This document shows, one piece after another, positions 1 through 9,922 of a stretch of 36,249 nucleotides of DNA (position 1 is its first letter; every line of letters starts with the position of its first letter). Both the position numbers and the translations under genes were made by a program. Below the pieces are notes generated by a model. It ran no database searches and was not told the DNA's origin. It worked only from the letters and a program-made list of their open reading frames with translations. Location: contig UYFQ01000500.1 of assembly GCA_900617105.1 (NCBI GenBank), positions 1 through 36,249 on the forward strand, in the 5' to 3' direction. The DNA is from Hydrurus foetidus. Taxonomy: Eukaryota.

Positions 1-23
1 AGTTGCATATTAAGTTTTACAAA

Positions 24-198
24 GAAACGGGGTTTCGATTTAGTTCAGGTTTAGCTTAGATTTTTTAGAAAGAAAGAAAGATAAGTGGGGGTAATGATAG
101 TACCGGGTCCAGGGTCCCGATCCTACCGGGTACCGACTCTACCGGATCCTACCGGGTACTACTACTGTACACTACAGTTAGGCCGTAGTATCGTCGTA
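24..198 (+). repeat. 3' end of a related Gypsy copy: 3' UTR tail, polypurine tract and first ~104 bp of an LTR (TG at 95)
   Basis: Colinear but diverged match to 4551-4710: gaaacgggg(g)tttcg, agaaagaa.gataagtgggggta, TG, ccgggtcca.ggtcccgatcctac, tatcgtcgta. Similarity stops at 198. Contains an internal duplication of gatcctaccgggtac. Confidence 0.8.
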
Positions 199-1111
199 AG
201 TGGTGGCAGAGGGTACCAAGGGAAGAACCCTCGAGGGGGTATATACAACCCGCCCCAAGGGGATAACAAGGCAAGCGCCGGCTCTGCAAACCAAAAAGGT
301 ACATATGATCATGATGTCGATTCCTCTGATAACACTGACATACAGCATTCAGTATCATGCATTACTGCATCTGTCATTCCAGCAATTACTCCCGATGAAT
401 TTTTGCATGATCCATCAATTCTACCTTCTGACCATCTCAACGTAACGGTTTTGGTACAGGATAAGGATAAGGAGCGCCAATCGAGCGTACGACGCATTGT
501 GGGCAAGGCCGTACTCGATACCGCCAACTACTACGAGGATTTTGTTTCTTTCACTATGATTGATAAGTTGAATGCTAAACATAACTGTTATACAGCTTCT
601 AACGCCATTACTGTTTGCTCTGGTCTCGATGGCCAGTGCTATATAAATAACGAAATGTTTGATGACGGCGAGTGTCATACCATTCCTTTAACGATGCGGG
701 TTAATAGGAACACAGATATTGATCTTTTGTTAAGTCGTGTAACTGTAAATAATTATCATTTTTATGTCATTAACACCTTTCGCTTTTGGCATTTCTCCCG
801 AGCTTAGTGCTGAGAACAAAAGGAAGCGTGATGCTCGTTGGCTCGAGTTTGAAGAAAGGGAAGCGATAGCCAAGCTTGATCCGCTTCACTGGCACAAATA
901 TACCAGACGTATGATATCTGAGGGGTTCGTACCCGAAGAACCGGAAGTGGAGTCGATTACCCCAACATACGATATGTTAAAGGGTATCACAAAGGCAAGA
1001 ATTTCGGATCGGAAAGAACCATACGGTCTATGCCCAAAGCCAACACCTAAGAAGGCCACCTCTAACCATGGAAGTCGTAGGGTCAGGCTGTCATACAACG
1101 TTCACGTGTAA
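199..1111 (+). pseudogene. Gag C-terminal tail, aspartic protease and PR-RT spacer, broken by two +1 frameshifts
   Basis: KAVLDTANYYEDFVS (Asp at 517-519), SGLDGQCY and IDLLLSR align with element 2 SGLDNTCY and IDLILGR. An extra T in the T-run 759-763 separates YHF from MSLTPFAFG (element 2 reads YDFFTLTPFEIG). A second shift near 1070-1110 leads into the pol frame. Confidence 0.8.
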
Positions 1112-4100
1112 CGTTACCCAGGATGGTAGCAAGGGAGTCATGACCCAAAGTCCATGTGGTGATGTGGGTTGTGAGCGACTGGACAGTGTCTCGACTAGAC
1201 TCGCGAAACGTACGGGTGATACCCCGCACCTAGGTGGTGACTCGATTCCCACCCTCACACATACCTCTGGGGACACTGTTACATCAGACTATGACGCGGA
1301 AGCCGTATGGCCAAGCGGTGTCGCACTCTCCGTTGACGAGATTGACAATGATAAAACTGATACCTTCGCACCTTTCTTGCGCGACAAGACGTTCCGGAAT
1401 GTACCGCCCAATGGGCCGGATGATTTTTTGTCACAAATCCATTTTGAGGGAGATGAAAGCCTTCAGAAGGATTTGCGTACTCTCTGTTCTGAATTCGCTG
1501 ATATTTTCAGTGATAAGCTAGCCCTGCAAGCTGCACATTTCAAGCCGTTTGAGATCAACCTGCCACGGCAGAAATGGGAGTTTCCATCAAACCACGCACC
1601 AGTGCGACCCCAATCCTCTAAAAAGGAACATTACCTCCGCACTTCGATTGAAGAGATGCTGGAAGATGGTGTGATCGAGAGGTCGAACGCTGCATACTAC
1701 AGTCATCCTGTAATGGTAAATAAGACAGCCGATACATATCGAACCTGCATCGATTATCGCGCACTCAATGAATGCATTGAGCCGGCCTCCTTTCCACTAC
1801 CAAATATCAAACACCTCTTTGAGAGGATCGGTAATCGAAAACCGGATATTTACGGGGTGATGGATTTAACCGCGGGTTATCACCAAGCACCTCTGTATAC
1901 ACCCCACCGAATCTATACGGCATTTATATGTTTCATGGGGGTGTTTCAATTCACGAGATTGCCTTTTGGCCCTTGTCGTGCCCCCTCTTACTTTCAAGAG
2001 CAGATGGTGACAACGGTCCTTCGCGGTCTTACATACAGCTGTTGCGAAATGTATCTCGACGATTGCATTGTATATGGCCGGGGCGAAGCAGAGTTTCTCT
2101 TGAACTTGAGAAAAGTCTTTGAGAGATTTAGACTTAAAAATCTTAAACTCAAAGCAAAGAAATGCCGATTCGGTCTTAAACGTATCGAATACGTTGGACG
2201 AGTCATCGACAAAGATGGTTTATCCATGTCGAAAGAGAAGATTGAGACAGTGCTCAACTTTCCACTTCCGAAAGAAGTTACGGCGTTACGGGGATTCCTT
2301 GGCTTGGCCAATTATTTCCGTCAATTCGTTCCTTTTCACTCGGAAAAGGTAAAACCACTTCACATGATGGTGGACCCAAAGGCGGTTAAACGCTCTCCAA
2401 ATTTCTGGACCCTTGAAGGGACAAACGCATTCAATGAGACAAAGATCGCGGTATCTCGTTGTCCATTAATGTATTTCACCGATGAAACCTCACCCATCAG
2501 ATTATATACTGATGCATCTGATTATGGAATCGGTGGTGTCTTATTCCAAGTCGTTAATGACGAATGGAAACCAATCGCTTGTATAAGCAAATCTCTATCT
2601 GCATCTCAGATTAATTGGTCAACAATACAAAAGGAGGCTTACACTATCTTTTATTGCTGCCAACAATTGGATTACCTTATCCGAGATAGTAAATTCACTA
2701 TTCATACCGATCATATGAATTTGACATATATGAAACAAAATCCTACTTCGATGGTAGCACGGTGGTTCATTGCAATGCAAGAACTTGATTTCACCGTTCA
2801 TTTTGTTAAAGGATCGGATAACGAATTAGCCGATGCGCTGTCACGGTTATGTCCGAATCTTACTGAAATTGCTCTACCGTTGACAATTACCAGAGATGTT
2901 TTTTCATCATCATCTTCATCTTCTTCCACAAGTGTGGCGGCTTTAACGGTTATCGAACCGGCCACAGATGAACAAATACTTCATATTCAGATGTGCCACA
3001 ATGCAATTGTTGGTCACAACGGTGTCGACCGTACCCTCACTCGACTGTACAGTCTAAACCAAGTGTGGAAAAATATGAAACAGCACGTACGTTCATACAT
3101 ACGTAACTGTCCTTGTTGTCAAAAACTAAGTGCGGTTGATGCGAAAATCAATGCGGCTCATTTTTCAACTTCTACTCACGCAATTTTCGATACGTTGAAT
3201 ATTGACTATGTGGGTCCTTTCCCCGATAAGGGGTATATTCTCGTCATAATTGACACCTTCTCCAGATGGACAGAAATGTTCTGGTGTAAGGACGCTACTG
3301 CCGAATCTGCAGCGGAGAGTTTATTAACACATTTTGGTCGATTTGGTTCGCCAAACATGATAAGATCGGATCGTGGATCCCATTTCGCTAATGATCTCAT
3401 AAAAGAGTTCTTAGATCTTACGGGTACGCCCCATAACCTCACTCTAGCTTACTCCTCTCAAGAGAATGCGATTGTTGAACGAGTCAATAAAGAGATAAAT
3501 AGACATTTGAAAGGACTGGTGTTCGATACACCGTCCCTTGTCCATTATGCAAAATGCATTCCGTTCGTACAACGAATTATAAATAGTTCAGTTAATAAAC
3601 GTACGGGTGCAAGTCCAGCATCTATCCTATTTGCGGATAAACTTGATTTGAATCGAGGGATTTTAACACCTCATTTGTTACCAATGGTATCATCTTCAAA
3701 TTCAACATACATAGCTGATTTAATCGAGATACAGGACAAAGTCCTCGATGCAGCAATCGACTCACTTCAAAAATGTGATGAAAAACACAAAAAGTCGACA
3801 TCCGGTTTGACAGTGTTCCCTATAGGGTCGTATGTCTTGGTAAAACAAGAACACCCTCCAACTCGATTACACACTAAATGGAAAGGTCCTTTCCGTGTTG
3901 TATCCTTTGAAGGATCCGAGTATGTTCTCGCGAACTTAATCACACATAAACACAATAGTGTACATGTAACGAATCTTAAGATATTCAATTATGACCCTTC
4001 GATGGGCTTACCTGCTGATACAGCACGTCGCGATTACATGGAGTATTTCGTTGAGAAAGTTCTTAATCACTCGGGTGATAAAAAGAAACCGACTACGATG

Positions 4101-4259
4101 TCGTTCCATGTGAAATGGCTCAACTATGATGACTCACATAATACATGGGAGCCTTGGAAGAATCTCCGGCTCTGTGATGCACTCCATGTATACTTGAGGA
4201 ACAATAACATGTCGCGTTTTGTTCCCAGGAATATTGAGGGATCAACCACCGAGGTTTGA
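1068..4259 (+). CDS. pol: Pol polyprotein: reverse transcriptase, RNase H, integrase (HHCC, DDE, GPY/F) and chromodomain
   Basis: RT: CIDYRALN, MDLTAGYHQ, LPFGP, YLDD (2052-2063). RNase H: YTDASDYGIG, KEA, TDH, ADALSR. Integrase: H..GH..C..C, IDYVGP, SDRG, VERVN, WKGPF. Chromodomain: YFVEKVL...VKWLNY...NTWEP. The listed ATG is probably not the real start, since this is the tail of a longer frameshifted ORF. Confidence 0.97.
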   Translation: MEVVGSGCHTTFTCNVTQDGSKGVMTQSPCGDVGCERLDSVSTRLAKRTGDTPHLGGDSIPTLTHTSGDTVTSDYDAEAVWPSGVALSVDEIDNDKTDTFAPFLRDKTFRNVPPNGPDDFLSQIHFEGDESLQKDLRTLCSEFADIFSDKLALQAAHFKPFEINLPRQKWEFPSNHAPVRPQSSKKEHYLRTSIEEMLEDGVIERSNAAYYSHPVMVNKTADTYRTCIDYRALNECIEPASFPLPNIKHLFERIGNRKPDIYGVMDLTAGYHQAPLYTPHRIYTAFICFMGVFQFTRLPFGPCRAPSYFQEQMVTTVLRGLTYSCCEMYLDDCIVYGRGEAEFLLNLRKVFERFRLKNLKLKAKKCRFGLKRIEYVGRVIDKDGLSMSKEKIETVLNFPLPKEVTALRGFLGLANYFRQFVPFHSEKVKPLHMMVDPKAVKRSPNFWTLEGTNAFNETKIAVSRCPLMYFTDETSPIRLYTDASDYGIGGVLFQVVNDEWKPIACISKSLSASQINWSTIQKEAYTIFYCCQQLDYLIRDSKFTIHTDHMNLTYMKQNPTSMVARWFIAMQELDFTVHFVKGSDNELADALSRLCPNLTEIALPLTITRDVFSSSSSSSSTSVAALTVIEPATDEQILHIQMCHNAIVGHNGVDRTLTRLYSLNQVWKNMKQHVRSYIRNCPCCQKLSAVDAKINAAHFSTSTHAIFDTLNIDYVGPFPDKGYILVIIDTFSRWTEMFWCKDATAESAAESLLTHFGRFGSPNMIRSDRGSHFANDLIKEFLDLTGTPHNLTLAYSSQENAIVERVNKEINRHLKGLVFDTPSLVHYAKCIPFVQRIINSSVNKRTGASPASILFADKLDLNRGILTPHLLPMVSSSNSTYIADLIEIQDKVLDAAIDSLQKCDEKHKKSTSGLTVFPIGSYVLVKQEHPPTRLHTKWKGPFRVVSFEGSEYVLANLITHKHNSVHVTNLKIFNYDPSMGLPADTARRDYMEYFVEKVLNHSGDKKKPTTMSFHVKWLNYDDSHNTWEPWKNLRLCDALHVYLRNNNMSRFVPRNIEGSTTEV

Positions 4260-4595
4260 GCTCAAACGTAATATCTTTTGAAGATTTTTTGGCCTAATTT
4301 TTGCCCTCACGAGGGATTTTTATGGTTTTTTAGTCAGTAAAAATCTGACATAATTACGTTTGACCCTCGTACAACAGAACGATTCTGTTTTGTACATACT
4401 CCCTTATTCTTATCTTTTTCACGATTTCCGAAACCCCTTCACAATTTCTTTTGTATATACATGCACATTTTAAGTTATTGTACATATTTTTGATTTTCGT
4501 TTTCCGTTATCATTTATGTTATTAGTTAAATATTAGTATTTTCAAATATAGAAACGGGGGTTTCGCCATAGTTTAGTGTAGTTTAGATTTTCTTT

Positions 4596-4620
4596 GAGAA
4601 AGAAGGATAAGTGGGGGTAG
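4596..4620 (+). other. Polypurine tract of element 1
   Basis: gagaaagaaggataagtgggggtag lies immediately before the TG of the LTR. The core ataagtgggggta also occurs at 81-93 (+) and 31911-31923 (-). Confidence 0.85.
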
Positions 4621-5145
4621 TGTGGTAGTTCCGGGTCCAAGGTCCCGATCCTACGGGATAGTACTACGGTACACTACCCACCGTACAATACAGTCTGTTG
4701 TATCGTCGTAGCCACTTACAGCCTCCACGTAGAAGTTAACCCTAGCTTCTAGCACCTGCTGTAACTAACTACTACCTCCAGTCTTCCGTCTCTTCCTTTC
4801 CCATCCGAGCCATAACGATAAACGCGTCTTGCGATACGCGTCCTGTTAATGATATGCGTCCTGAATTCCAGTAAAGGTCTACGATTCAGACAATTAGTTA
4901 CCCATGGGTCCTATGACGATACGAATAAACCGTGTACGATGAACGCGTCCTTATTACCGAAGCGTCCCGACTCCATATTTGGATTCGAATACCGTATACG
5001 AAAGTGACATTCACATACTAAACCGTATACGCATGCCTGCGTCCTTGTTATCGAATCCGTCCCGAAGAATCATATATGTATACCGTATACAAAAGTGACG
5101 AACTTTAATCCCCCATACGGTAGCTCGACGAGCTGCCCCACCACA
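4621..5145 (+). repeat. 3' LTR of element 1 (525 bp)
   Basis: Starts TGTGGT right after the PPT and ends ACCACA (6-bp terminal inverted repeat) exactly where nitrilase homology begins. Contains a degenerate internal duplication (about 4925-5008 vs 5018-5099) and several gcgtcc motifs. Confidence 0.8.
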
Positions 5146-5645
5146 ATATCAAAAACGTGAAGCTTTCTGTGCTTTCCGACGATGTACCCATGAGGATTAA
5201 TGATTAAATAGGTGTTATTGAAGTTTTCTTTTCCATTCATTCTGTCGACCTCCTTTTTAGGGATGAATACTCCAATTATGTATACACCAAACTTCTTGGC
5301 CTGGTCGCTCATCATGGTTGCAGAAGGACCATCAAACTTATTGGGACACTGTCTGATGTTGGGCAGTAACTCTGCATTAGTCGGGAATGAGTTGGTGGCA
5401 TTAGGCGAATTCCAGATTTTCAGCAGAACAACCATATCGACTGGAGGGATGCATGCCGAATCAATCACCTCTCTAACATGTTCTGTATTGATGCATTTCT
5501 CGGGGGCAACAGATACCTGACATATAACAACTGACAGCCTTGTGATGCTCACGAATTTTTGCGATTTGATAGGTTCGGTTGTCATTGAAATGATTAGCGC
5601 TACTACGAACGTTGCACTTGAACAGAGCTTTGTGTAGTGACGCAT
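5146..5645 (-). pseudogene. Nitrilase-superfamily (omega-amidase NIT2-like) 5' fragment, truncated by the LTR
   Basis: VVICQ...N, VVLLKIWNSP (family LPExxNSPY), YIIGVFIP (family GGSIPE), NNT (family YNT), KHRKLHVFDI (family KxRKxHLFDID). The catalytic Glu position is Lys and the Cys-containing half is absent. The start at 5645 is tentative. Confidence 0.85.
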
Positions 5646-6291
5646 CTCGCCATTGCCCAGGTTCTTACAATCACCATTGCCCAGACTGAGCTGTGCCGAC
5701 AATCGAATCGACAGAATCCGTACCTCGTCGACCCTCCGTCCTCCGTAACCAGTAAAACTCTGTCGCTGGCAACAGTGGAGCTGGGTTGGTGCATAGGGTT
5801 TCTTGGGATATTATCCTATCTCCTATGAATAGGGCTCTTACAGGAAAACTGCCAGATAACCTGTTACCTTATAATTTTCCCGTTCGGCTGTGAGTGGTGG
5901 TACGAATGATGCCATAGTTCTTTTCTGAAAATAATGAGCTCAACCGATTATGAGACGTATCAAATATACCTTCCACGGTCATCAGCAACTGATTCCTTTC
6001 TGTCAAAATGAGCGCTCAGCGAAAGATGGACTTACGTAATTTCTTTACTAGAGTCAAAAGTAAAGTAATGTAGAGACTAACTGACAACAGAGTTTTAGAT
6101 GATTTAAGATGTTTGTAGATGTTTCAATTAAAGTCATACTGCCTTAGAATCACCATTCTTGGAACCGTCAGTGATGGTCCGGATGATGCTATAACTAAAT
6201 CCAGATAATGAGGAGAATAGATTATCTGGCAACCGGCCACTACGTTATAGCATTCCCATATGGGTCCCTAATTACCTCTGTATAGGGTCCT

Positions 6292-6338
6292 AGGGTCCTA
6301 TATAGGGGAAATTCTGGAAAACCTATATATAGGACCCT
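6292..6338. repeat. Inverted repeat / hairpin within a GGGTCC-rich patch
   Basis: agggtcctatatagg ... cctatatataggaccct, with a 13-bp perfect outer stem. Confidence 0.6.
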
Positions 6339-6878
6339 GTACATATCCCTATGCACCAACCCAGCAGTGGAGTGGAACTTCACTTCGCTGTACTGACTGT
6401 ACGCACGTGTGCTATACACCGCGCTTTTTTCTTTTTTCTTTTTTCATACTAGTCGATTATCGAACTTCTTCAACTTCATACGTTACAGATATTTTTCCCG
6501 TCGACATTATATCACGTTTTCCCGTCGGGATGTTACGTGTTACGTGCAACCCTCAGCAAATGATCTCAGCTTGCATCTGACCTTCACGTTGTCAGGTAAC
6601 TTTCTTCTAATATACTCCGAAAGGACCACTACCAAATTGCGCACTTTGGACACATAGCTGTTTGCCTTGACGGGGGAGAATGTTCCGTAGAGGGAGATAA
6701 TCCGTTGAAATATTAAAATGTCATGAGTCTATGTCATCCCGGTAATTGAAAGGGATGTCTCGTATTCGTTTGTTATTTTAAGTTGGAAGTTAGTCGTAAA
6801 AATGTACGGTGAAAAACGTGTCAAATGCACGTGGAGGTACAAGCATCGATGAAAGTAGCGTGCAGTCACACAGACAAT

Positions 6879-7934
6879 TCACTTCTTCGCGGCTCCGACT
6901 ACGACGTCGCCTGATTTGAAACCCTCGAAGAGTTTGTTGTAGTCAGCGCCAAGAACTTCACCATTACGCTCATATCCTGAAGTTTTAGAAAGTTTTCCTT
7001 CCAATGGGCCACCACTTCCAGCTGCATACATCTCAAAAGTGACAGACTTCGGCATGCTAGCGGAAATGGCTGCCGCCGCTGCCGCCTGTGCAACGTCTTC
7101 TCTATTGACTTCGCCGGAGATGCTGTCACCTTGATTGAGTTCAATATGTCCAGGACCAACGGCACTGCTGTCCAGAAGACCTCCTGGTCTTATAATCACG
7201 TATGACATTGAAGGATCTGCATTCGCATAGGCCTCTTTCAGGCCATTTTCGCCCTTGAGTTTGTAATCCATTATACCACCGAATAAGTTCGTGATCTTAA
7301 ATCCAAAGGAGTCAGGTCGAGTGACGGCACCAGACGAAATGACAACCAATCTGGGTACTTTCAAGCGTATGCACTCGTTTGCAACATTCACGACTCCTTC
7401 GAAGTCAACTTTGTCCGCTTTGCCCCCTTTATTGCTCGCACTAGCCGCAAATATGACAGCTTTCGAGTTTTTCAATGCAGGCTCCAAAGTTTCAACTTTC
7501 GTGACGTCGCCAAGAGATGGGATCTCAACACCGGCCAGGCCTACGAATGGATTTTCTGCACCAACACGGTATGATGTTGGCCGAACAGCTACGCCTTGAG
7601 ATGAAAGATATTGCACAATCATCTTGCCCGTCTTCCCATTACTCCCAAGAACAGTAACAGGGCCGGCGCTGCTTGACTCGGCGAAAGCGGGTGCGATGTT
7701 TACTGAAAGTAATGATCCATACAGTGCAGTCGAGCACGCAAATGCTGCTGCGGCCTTAGTGAAGGCTCTCATCAGGTCAAGAGATCGCGAGGCTTCATTA
7801 GACGAAATAGGTTGGTGGTGGCCTGGAACACTTTGAGCGGAGCACCCTCGTTTAGCGACAGTGGGTCTCCCGATTGCAACGCTTGAAAAAGCGCCGGCTG
7901 CCAACAATAGTACGACTTGAAAGGACGCCTTCAT
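6879..7934 (-). CDS. NAD(P)-binding Rossmann-fold protein (atypical SDR, NAD_binding_10/Tic62-like), plastid-targeted, 351 aa
   Basis: VTVLGSNGKTG (GxxGxxG), GDVT, VIFAAS, VDFEG, ISSGAV, YKLKGE, IIRPGGL, VNREDVA. The ATG at 7934 is chosen because it opens a signal peptide (MKASFQVVLLLAAGA|FSS). Confidence 0.9.
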   Translation of the reverse strand: MKASFQVVLLLAAGAFSSVAIGRPTVAKRGCSAQSVPGHHQPISSNEASRSLDLMRAFTKAAAAFACSTALYGSLLSVNIAPAFAESSSAGPVTVLGSNGKTGKMIVQYLSSQGVAVRPTSYRVGAENPFVGLAGVEIPSLGDVTKVETLEPALKNSKAVIFAASASNKGGKADKVDFEGVVNVANECIRLKVPRLVVISSGAVTRPDSFGFKITNLFGGIMDYKLKGENGLKEAYANADPSMSYVIIRPGGLLDSSAVGPGHIELNQGDSISGEVNREDVAQAAAAAAISASMPKSVTFEMYAAGSGGPLEGKLSKTSGYERNGEVLGADYNKLFEGFKSGDVVVGAAKK

Positions 7935-8357
7935 CGTAAATTTCTGATACTTGCGTGTTGCAAGGGACTGTCTCGTCAGTGATGACTCCATCTCCGGAAC
8001 GTTTCTCACAGCATCAACTTCGTTGTGTATGAAATAGCGGCTATTTTGTTTATCTGAACATCTAAATTCCGGATATTTACGGTACATAACCTATCCTCCG
8101 TGAGGCAGAGAATAGGGAGGAGGAAGAGGAGCACAAGGAGAGCGTCTTTGAGTTGCTCATTCTCTGTGGCTGTCGAGGGGGTGGCTGCGTGCCTCACAGC
8201 ATCCATGTCGTCTGCTGCTGAAGACCTGTCAGTGCAAACGAAGAAGGAGAGGCGGGTGGTGCTGAACGTGGAAAGGTCCAGAGTCCCTGCCCTCTACCAG
8301 CAGTGCACGGAGCTGGAGCACAGACTTGACTGTGCGCATGAGAAGATAAAGATTGAT

Positions 8358-8388
<31 letters not shown>

Positions 8389-8410
8389 GCAGCAGCAGTA
8401 GCAACAGCAA
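8358..8410. repeat. Compound microsatellite (AGCAAC)n/(AGC)n
   Basis: Directly visible tandem units. Confidence 0.9.
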
Positions 8411-9181
8411 TGGCAAGACAAACGATGCAGCCAGAAGCAGCAGCAGTGGTGGTTCCGGCACAAACACTGAAACTGAAAAGGAACACGGTGGAGGTTCGCT
8501 CCTCAGCGATGCTCCGCCCACTCAATCATTACGACGAGAGGGAGTGGAGTCAGGGTCCATGTGAACATACGCTACCTGAGAGGGGTTCATTGGATGCCCT
8601 CCCTTGCCTCATGCTCTCTGATGAAGTAGAGTAACCAGCTGCTGTATCTCACTGTTGTGACATCCCTTCCTTGATTAGGTCGTTGCACTTCATAAGTGTT
8701 GATTTCCAAATCACCAATTAATGAGTCGTAAGAAGTTCCCGGATATAAGAAAGTTTCTTTGATGATGCGTTAGCGTCATATGAATGTGACTGCATTACTG
8801 GCTGTTACGTGCAAAGGAGTTAGTAGACGAGTCGCACTTCCTTCAATGGTAGATTGCGCTCTGTTCGAAGAATTTGAGCCGTACGTACCATATTGAGAGA
8901 AATCTTCGTGCTGTAAGAGGCACAATGTGTCAGGTGCATGTACAGTGGTATTTAATTAATATAAACCGTGATAGAACCGCAATAAAGATGCAAGGCGGAA
9001 GAAACTGATCTTGGCCTATCTTACACAATTTGTGACGGACCATATTTTCAATTGCTGTCACTGTACCGTACTTCCCCCAATCTGAATTAGTTGTGGTTAT
9101 GATAAGTTTGTGCGGTGCACGTCTCTCAGTTGTTCTAGGCTATTATGAAAAGTAAGGTACTCTTTTCTTGGCATCTGGATA

Positions 9182-9778
9182 TTAAGCATGGTGTGCATGT
9201 GCCGCTATTTCAGCGCGGAGGGCCTTGGGTGCCTCGTGGTGCCTGTGGTATATTCTGATGTTGGCAGGGATGGCCAGTACTTTGTTGCCATCGCATTTGA
9301 CGGAGTGGTGAGTCTCTGCGTGTCAAAATTGAAATTTGAGAACAGGACGATCATTTGTTTCGCAACAGTAAGTTATGGTCGAAATTCGGTTCATTTTGTT
9401 ATCATTTTTTTGTGAGTCGTATCACATTTCAGACGAACAAGAGTCTGCTTATGGAATGTTGCTTGAATGTTGCTTGCACCGGCAATGGAGTAAGGTATCG
9501 TGTATTACCTGAATCGCATGTCATGAACTCCATCTCGGGGTGTACCTGATGGAGTCTGTCGGTAATTTCAACCAACGTCAATCCGTCGGCGCCGATGTCT
9601 ACCTCCAATTTCATCTCAATCACATTTGTGATCTCCGCGTAGATATCGATTCCGATTACAGTCTGAGATAATCAACGATACCAGGTGAAAAGTAAGGTCA
9701 ATGATTCTCTACAGATAAGCCACGGAATCCTTCATGGTAGAAGATGCGGCAGTAGATGTTGTCGATAGATCTTACCAT
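9182..9778 (-). CDS. Candidate small spliced gene, 96 aa, unknown function; coding exons 9776-9778, 9509-9662 and 9182-9315
   Basis: ATG|gtaag...tctcag (113-nt intron) and CAG|gtaat...acgcag (193-nt intron). The phases join into an uninterrupted 291-nt frame ending in TAA. Confidence 0.55.
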
Positions 9779-9801
9779 TATCAATTACTGTGATTGGAAA
9801 A

Positions 9802-9922
9802 ATGATTGCTTATGATACTCCACTTGAATCGGAAGTGACTCAATTGTTCCAGTAGTGAGATGATGATTGCTTATGATACTCCACTTGAATCGGAAGTGAC
9901 TCAATTGTTCCAGTAGTGAGAT
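9802..9922. repeat. Perfect 60-bp tandem duplication (period 61)
   Basis: 9802-9861 is identical to 9863-9922. Confidence 0.95.

Larger units (their letters stand above)
199..5145 (+). mobile_element. Ty3/Gypsy LTR retrotransposon with C-terminal chromodomain, 5'-truncated (element 1)
   Basis: Domain order PR-RT-RH-IN-chromodomain, followed by an AT-rich 3' UTR, a PPT and an LTR bounded by TGTGGT...ACCACA. Confidence 0.95.

Noticed and set aside
201..212. TGGTGGCAGAGG as a tRNA-iMet primer-binding site
   Set aside because: It resembles TGGTAGCAGAGG, but it is not preceded by a CA LTR end, the LTR piece is truncated, and the bases read as GGRG in the gag-tail frame. Not excluded, but unsupported.
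755..770. Programmed ribosomal frameshift in element 1
   Set aside because: It falls at the protease end rather than the gag-pol boundary, and element 2 is in frame at the homologous site. A homopolymer indel or sequencing error is more likely.
7935..8087. N-terminal 51-aa extension of the SDR ORF
   Set aside because: It would bury the signal peptide that starts at Met 7934. More likely 5' UTR.
8100..8634. 154-aa Ser/Asn-rich ORF and overlapping poly-Cys/Leu/Ala ORFs
   Set aside because: Openness is largely due to the microsatellite, and there is no recognisable domain. It could be a gene fragment, but I cannot support that.
9146..9698. 13-bp direct repeat TGAAAAGTAAGGT at 9146 and 9686 as a target-site duplication
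   Set aside because: No transposon or retrocopy hallmarks lie between the copies, and one copy falls inside a predicted intron. May be chance.
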